Assembly (NCBI GenBank): GCA_003213115.1
Contig: QCNU01000002.1
Span: forward strand, 17,017-81,016
DNA: 64,000 bases
Direction: 5' to 3'
Source: Pelagibacteraceae bacterium AG-426-L23
Lineage (GTDB): Bacteria; Pseudomonadota; Alphaproteobacteria; Pelagibacterales; Pelagibacteraceae
A model generated the notes under the pieces. It made no database searches, had not been told where the DNA came from, and saw only the letters and a list, made by a program, of their open reading frames with translations. Of this stretch, positions 61,257 to 64,000 are shown piece by piece. The number at the start of each line of letters is the position of its first letter. Position 1 is the first letter of the stretch. The position numbers and the translations under genes were made by a program.

Positions 61257-63385
61257 TATTTTTCCCAAAAGAATTTTTTCTTTATAGATGAATTTAAAGA
61301 TTTTTTTATTATAAAATCAGAGACTAAGGTTGAGTTAAAGTATTTTAAATACTTATCTTTACCATTTTTAGCTATTCTTCTTCTTAACTTATCATCTCTT
61401 GTAATTTTAAGAATTTTTTCTGATAAATCATTTATATTTTTATAAAAAACCATTTCTTTGTCATTAAAAAAGTCTTTATATTGAGTTTTTTCATCAATTA
61501 AAGTTACTAAACCATTTCCAATAATTTGTGTAATTCTATCGCTACTATAATATTTAATTGGTTCACCCCTACTTAAATTTAAACCCATTTTAGAGTTTGA
61601 AATTGTTTTAAAATAATGGTCAGCCCAAATTGGTTGGATTTTTTTTATGCCATAAACATCGAATTTAACATTTTTAGTAATTTGCATTAGTTTGTTTATA
61701 AAATATGATCTTTCATCATATTTACCTGATTTTAAAACACCTCTATGTACTCCGTGGCTTAGTGCGAAAAATACATCCATGTTACAATCTTTTTTAAAAT
61801 TGCTTAATGTTTCAAAAGAACTATCTGCAGGATTAGGTATGTAATGATTCTGAATTTTTTTTGGTAAAAAACTTAAGACATCTGGACTTGTGGTTAAAAA
61901 ATTAGCCTCAATAAATTCACTTTTATCTAAAATTCTTTTCTTGTTTCGCTCAAAATCTGGTCCTTGTTTGTTTAGGGGATCAAGAAACCATTGAGAAATT
62001 TTTAAATTAGGATAATCGTCTTTAAGTTCACCAAGAGTTTGGGAGGATATTAAATCTGCATGTCCAAGCACTATAAGATCTGGTTTATAATTATAACATG
62101 TGGCCTTAAGTTTGTCATTCAAACTTTTGGCGCCAGTAATATCTTTGTAGTTTTTATAGTATTTTTGAATATCTCGATCACTAAATTCTAAGATGCTGTG
62201 TCCTAATCTTATAAAACCATTATTTAATCTTCTTCCGGTATTAAAATATAACCTTCCATCATGTCTTTCATTGAAATTTGTTACATGTAAAATTCTAAGT
62301 TTTTTATCTTTATTTTTAAGATAGAAATACTTATTTGAAATTAGTTTTAAATCTCGAAATGTATCAATTTTTTCACTTATAAATTTGTGGTTTAAATAAA
62401 AGTTCTTATAAGAAAGTTTCTGTAAATTCCGCCTCAATTTTTTATTATTTATAAGTTTTCGAATTTCTTTGTAAAGATTTGAAGCGGACAACTTGTTAAG
62501 AATAATGCCATTAGTTATTGTTTCTGGGAGACCTCCCCTGTTACTGATTATAACAGCACAACCGTTAGATGCTGCTTCAAGACTTGTTCTTCCAAAAGGC
62601 TCTTCCCATCTAGAGCAGATTACAGCAATACTTGTTTTTTTATAAATATCTAGAACGTTATTATGACGTAAAAAACCGTGTTGAATTAAGTTTTTATGTT
62701 GAAAGATAATTTTATCTCTTTGTTCATCTCCTATAACTAAACCCTTCCAATTTTTATGGTTATTTAAAACTTTAATAATTGCTTTTCCAAAAATATCATA
62801 ACCTTTTGACTTATTAAGTTTACCAACGAATGTTATCCAATTTTTTTTTTTATTAAAATTAATTCTATTTTGCTTTGCGGATTGAAAAATTACAAGAAGT
62901 TTTTCACTATTAATAAACTTATTGTGCATTCCTTGTAAAAATCTTTTTCGGGACCAATTGCTATTAAAAACTATTTTGTAACAGATATTTAATAAAGATT
63001 TTCTGTCTTCAACAGATTTTGATCCATTCATGGTAAGTGGATCGTTATGAAAATAAAGTACGTATGTTCTCTTGTTTAAACTATCCTTTAAATGATGAAG
63101 ATAGTTTGGTCTATTGTGAACTTCTATCAAATCTGACTTATTTTTTTTTTCTAATTTAGTAAATGCTTGAACATATTTTTTAGATTGGCTTTGGAAAAGT
63201 GATTTTGTAAGTGGAATATTACAGTATTTCAATTTAAAAATATCCTTATAGCTAGTATTTCCAAATATTGTAATTTTTTTTTTATATTTACTAATTTTTG
63301 TTGTATCGTTCACAAAAAGTGAAACTGCCCCTGGATATGTTGGTGAAAAATTTTCCTTATATGGTAAAAGAATAGATATTTTCAT
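61256..63385 (-). CDS. Two-domain glycosyltransferase: N-terminal GT4 plus C-terminal CgeB/Glyco_trans_1_2-like
   Basis: FVGKL...KG, SRWEEPFGRTSLEA in the first half; GLNLSR, YYSSDR, IA.NG in the second. Confidence 0.82.
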   Translation of the reverse strand: MKISILLPYKENFSPTYPGAVSLFVNDTTKISKYKKKITIFGNTSYKDIFKLKYCNIPLTKSLFQSQSKKYVQAFTKLEKKNKSDLIEVHNRPNYLHHLKDSLNKRTYVLYFHNDPLTMNGSKSVEDRKSLLNICYKIVFNSNWSRKRFLQGMHNKFINSEKLLVIFQSAKQNRINFNKKKNWITFVGKLNKSKGYDIFGKAIIKVLNNHKNWKGLVIGDEQRDKIIFQHKNLIQHGFLRHNNVLDIYKKTSIAVICSRWEEPFGRTSLEAASNGCAVIISNRGGLPETITNGIILNKLSASNLYKEIRKLINNKKLRRNLQKLSYKNFYLNHKFISEKIDTFRDLKLISNKYFYLKNKDKKLRILHVTNFNERHDGRLYFNTGRRLNNGFIRLGHSILEFSDRDIQKYYKNYKDITGAKSLNDKLKATCYNYKPDLIVLGHADLISSQTLGELKDDYPNLKISQWFLDPLNKQGPDFERNKKRILDKSEFIEANFLTTSPDVLSFLPKKIQNHYIPNPADSSFETLSNFKKDCNMDVFFALSHGVHRGVLKSGKYDERSYFINKLMQITKNVKFDVYGIKKIQPIWADHYFKTISNSKMGLNLSRGEPIKYYSSDRITQIIGNGLVTLIDEKTQYKDFFNDKEMVFYKNINDLSEKILKITRDDKLRRRIAKNGKDKYLKYFNSTLVSDFIIKKSLNSSIKKKFFWEK

Positions 63386-63630
63386 TTGTATCTGTTTTTT
63401 ATTTTTTTTCTTAAAGTTCTATTTTTCTTTATATAATATTCTCTAGAAATTGCTTTATTTTTTGAGTGTATTTTTTCCTTATAAATTAGCTTCCATTTTC
63501 TTCCTCGAGTAAACTTTGCGCCCTTTCCTAGGTTATGTAATCTGATTCTGTTTTTTAAATTGTTCGAATATCCTACATATGTAATTGGATTGGATCCTAA
63601 AGATTTGAGCATATAAACATAGTAGCTCAT
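63382..63630 (-). CDS. Small GIY-YIG nuclease family protein (UPF0213-like)
   Basis: YYVYML, TYVGYS, R...HN.GKGAKFTRGR, A..RE. Confidence 0.92.
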   Translation of the reverse strand: MSYYVYMLKSLGSNPITYVGYSNNLKNRIRLHNLGKGAKFTRGRKWKLIYKEKIHSKNKAISREYYIKKNRTLRKKIKNRYK

Positions 63631-63657
63631 TTAAAGATGATTAAGTTATAACCGTAA

Positions 63658-64000
63658 TTACCCAGAAAGACCAAGATGTGTGTACTTGATGTTAAGATAA
63701 TCCTTTATACCTACAGAACCTCCTTCTCGGCCGTATCCAGTTTGCTTTATACCTCCAAATGGAGTTTCTGCGGTAGCTACTACAGGTGTGTTTACTGCCA
63801 CAACTCCAGTTTGAAGTTGTTCTGAAGCTTTGTAAGCTTTTTCCATTGAATTAGTACAAACATATCCTGCTAATCCACAGTCATGTTTGTTGGCTCTTTT
63901 TATAACTTCATCAAAATTTTTAAATGTTGTAATAGGTGAAATCGGACCAAAAGGCTCTTCCTTCATAACAGTAAAACTGTCTTTAACATTGTCAATTATA
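63658..64000 (-). CDS. C-terminal part of an NAD(P)-dependent aldehyde dehydrogenase (succinate-semialdehyde dehydrogenase-like), truncated by the window edge
   Basis: EEPFGP, GLAGY, PFGGIKQTGYGREGG; frame stays open to the window end. Confidence 0.88.
   Translation of the reverse strand, partial: IIDNVKDSFTVMKEEPFGPISPITTFKNFDEVIKRANKHDCGLAGYVCTNSMEKAYKASEQLQTGVVAVNTPVVATAETPFGGIKQTGYGREGGSVGIKDYLNIKYTHLGLSG

Noticed and set aside
63382-63630. GIY-YIG protein as a homing endonuclease or mobile element
   Set aside because: 82-aa stand-alone UPF0213-type domain with no intron or DNA-binding extension
1-64000. CRISPR array, rRNA, IS element, prophage or canonical XerCD dif site
   Set aside because: No spaced direct repeats, rRNA-like tract, transposase, phage structural genes or TTATGTTAAAT-type XerD arm noticed by eye; a computational scan would be needed to exclude weak cases

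Overview
Very AT-rich, gene-dense chromosome segment with almost no intergenic space. Gene content and order point to an alphaproteobacterium, most likely SAR11/Pelagibacteraceae (inference). Most of the window is core genome: aapJQMP, valS, ilvD, argS, scpAB, tatABC, serS, yajC-secDF, uvrA/ssb, gyrA, coaD, tgt, recG, the mltB-rlpA-dacA-tmk-holB-metG block, nhaA and five tRNAs (Asn, Cys, Lys, Ser, Pro). An expanded DMSP-demethylation operon (fadN-like, dmdC, dmdB, osmC-like, crotonase, alpha/beta hydrolase, dmdA) starts 7 nt after tRNA-Pro. The best candidate for an undescribed system is a lone Cre/TnpS-like tyrosine recombinase with a perfect 10-7-10 inverted repeat (TTTCCGATAA-ccattaa-TTATCGGAAA) just upstream of its start codon. 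It lies where gene orientation flips from mostly + to all -, which suggests a single-recombinase dif-like dimer-resolution module at the replication terminus (hypothesis). Other leads are a cyclophilin with an internal perfect Shine-Dalgarno (two possible isoforms), an 88-aa protein at the ftsN position, a Tgt without its zinc cysteines, and several probable leaderless transcripts. All calls come from reading motifs by eye; no searches were run.
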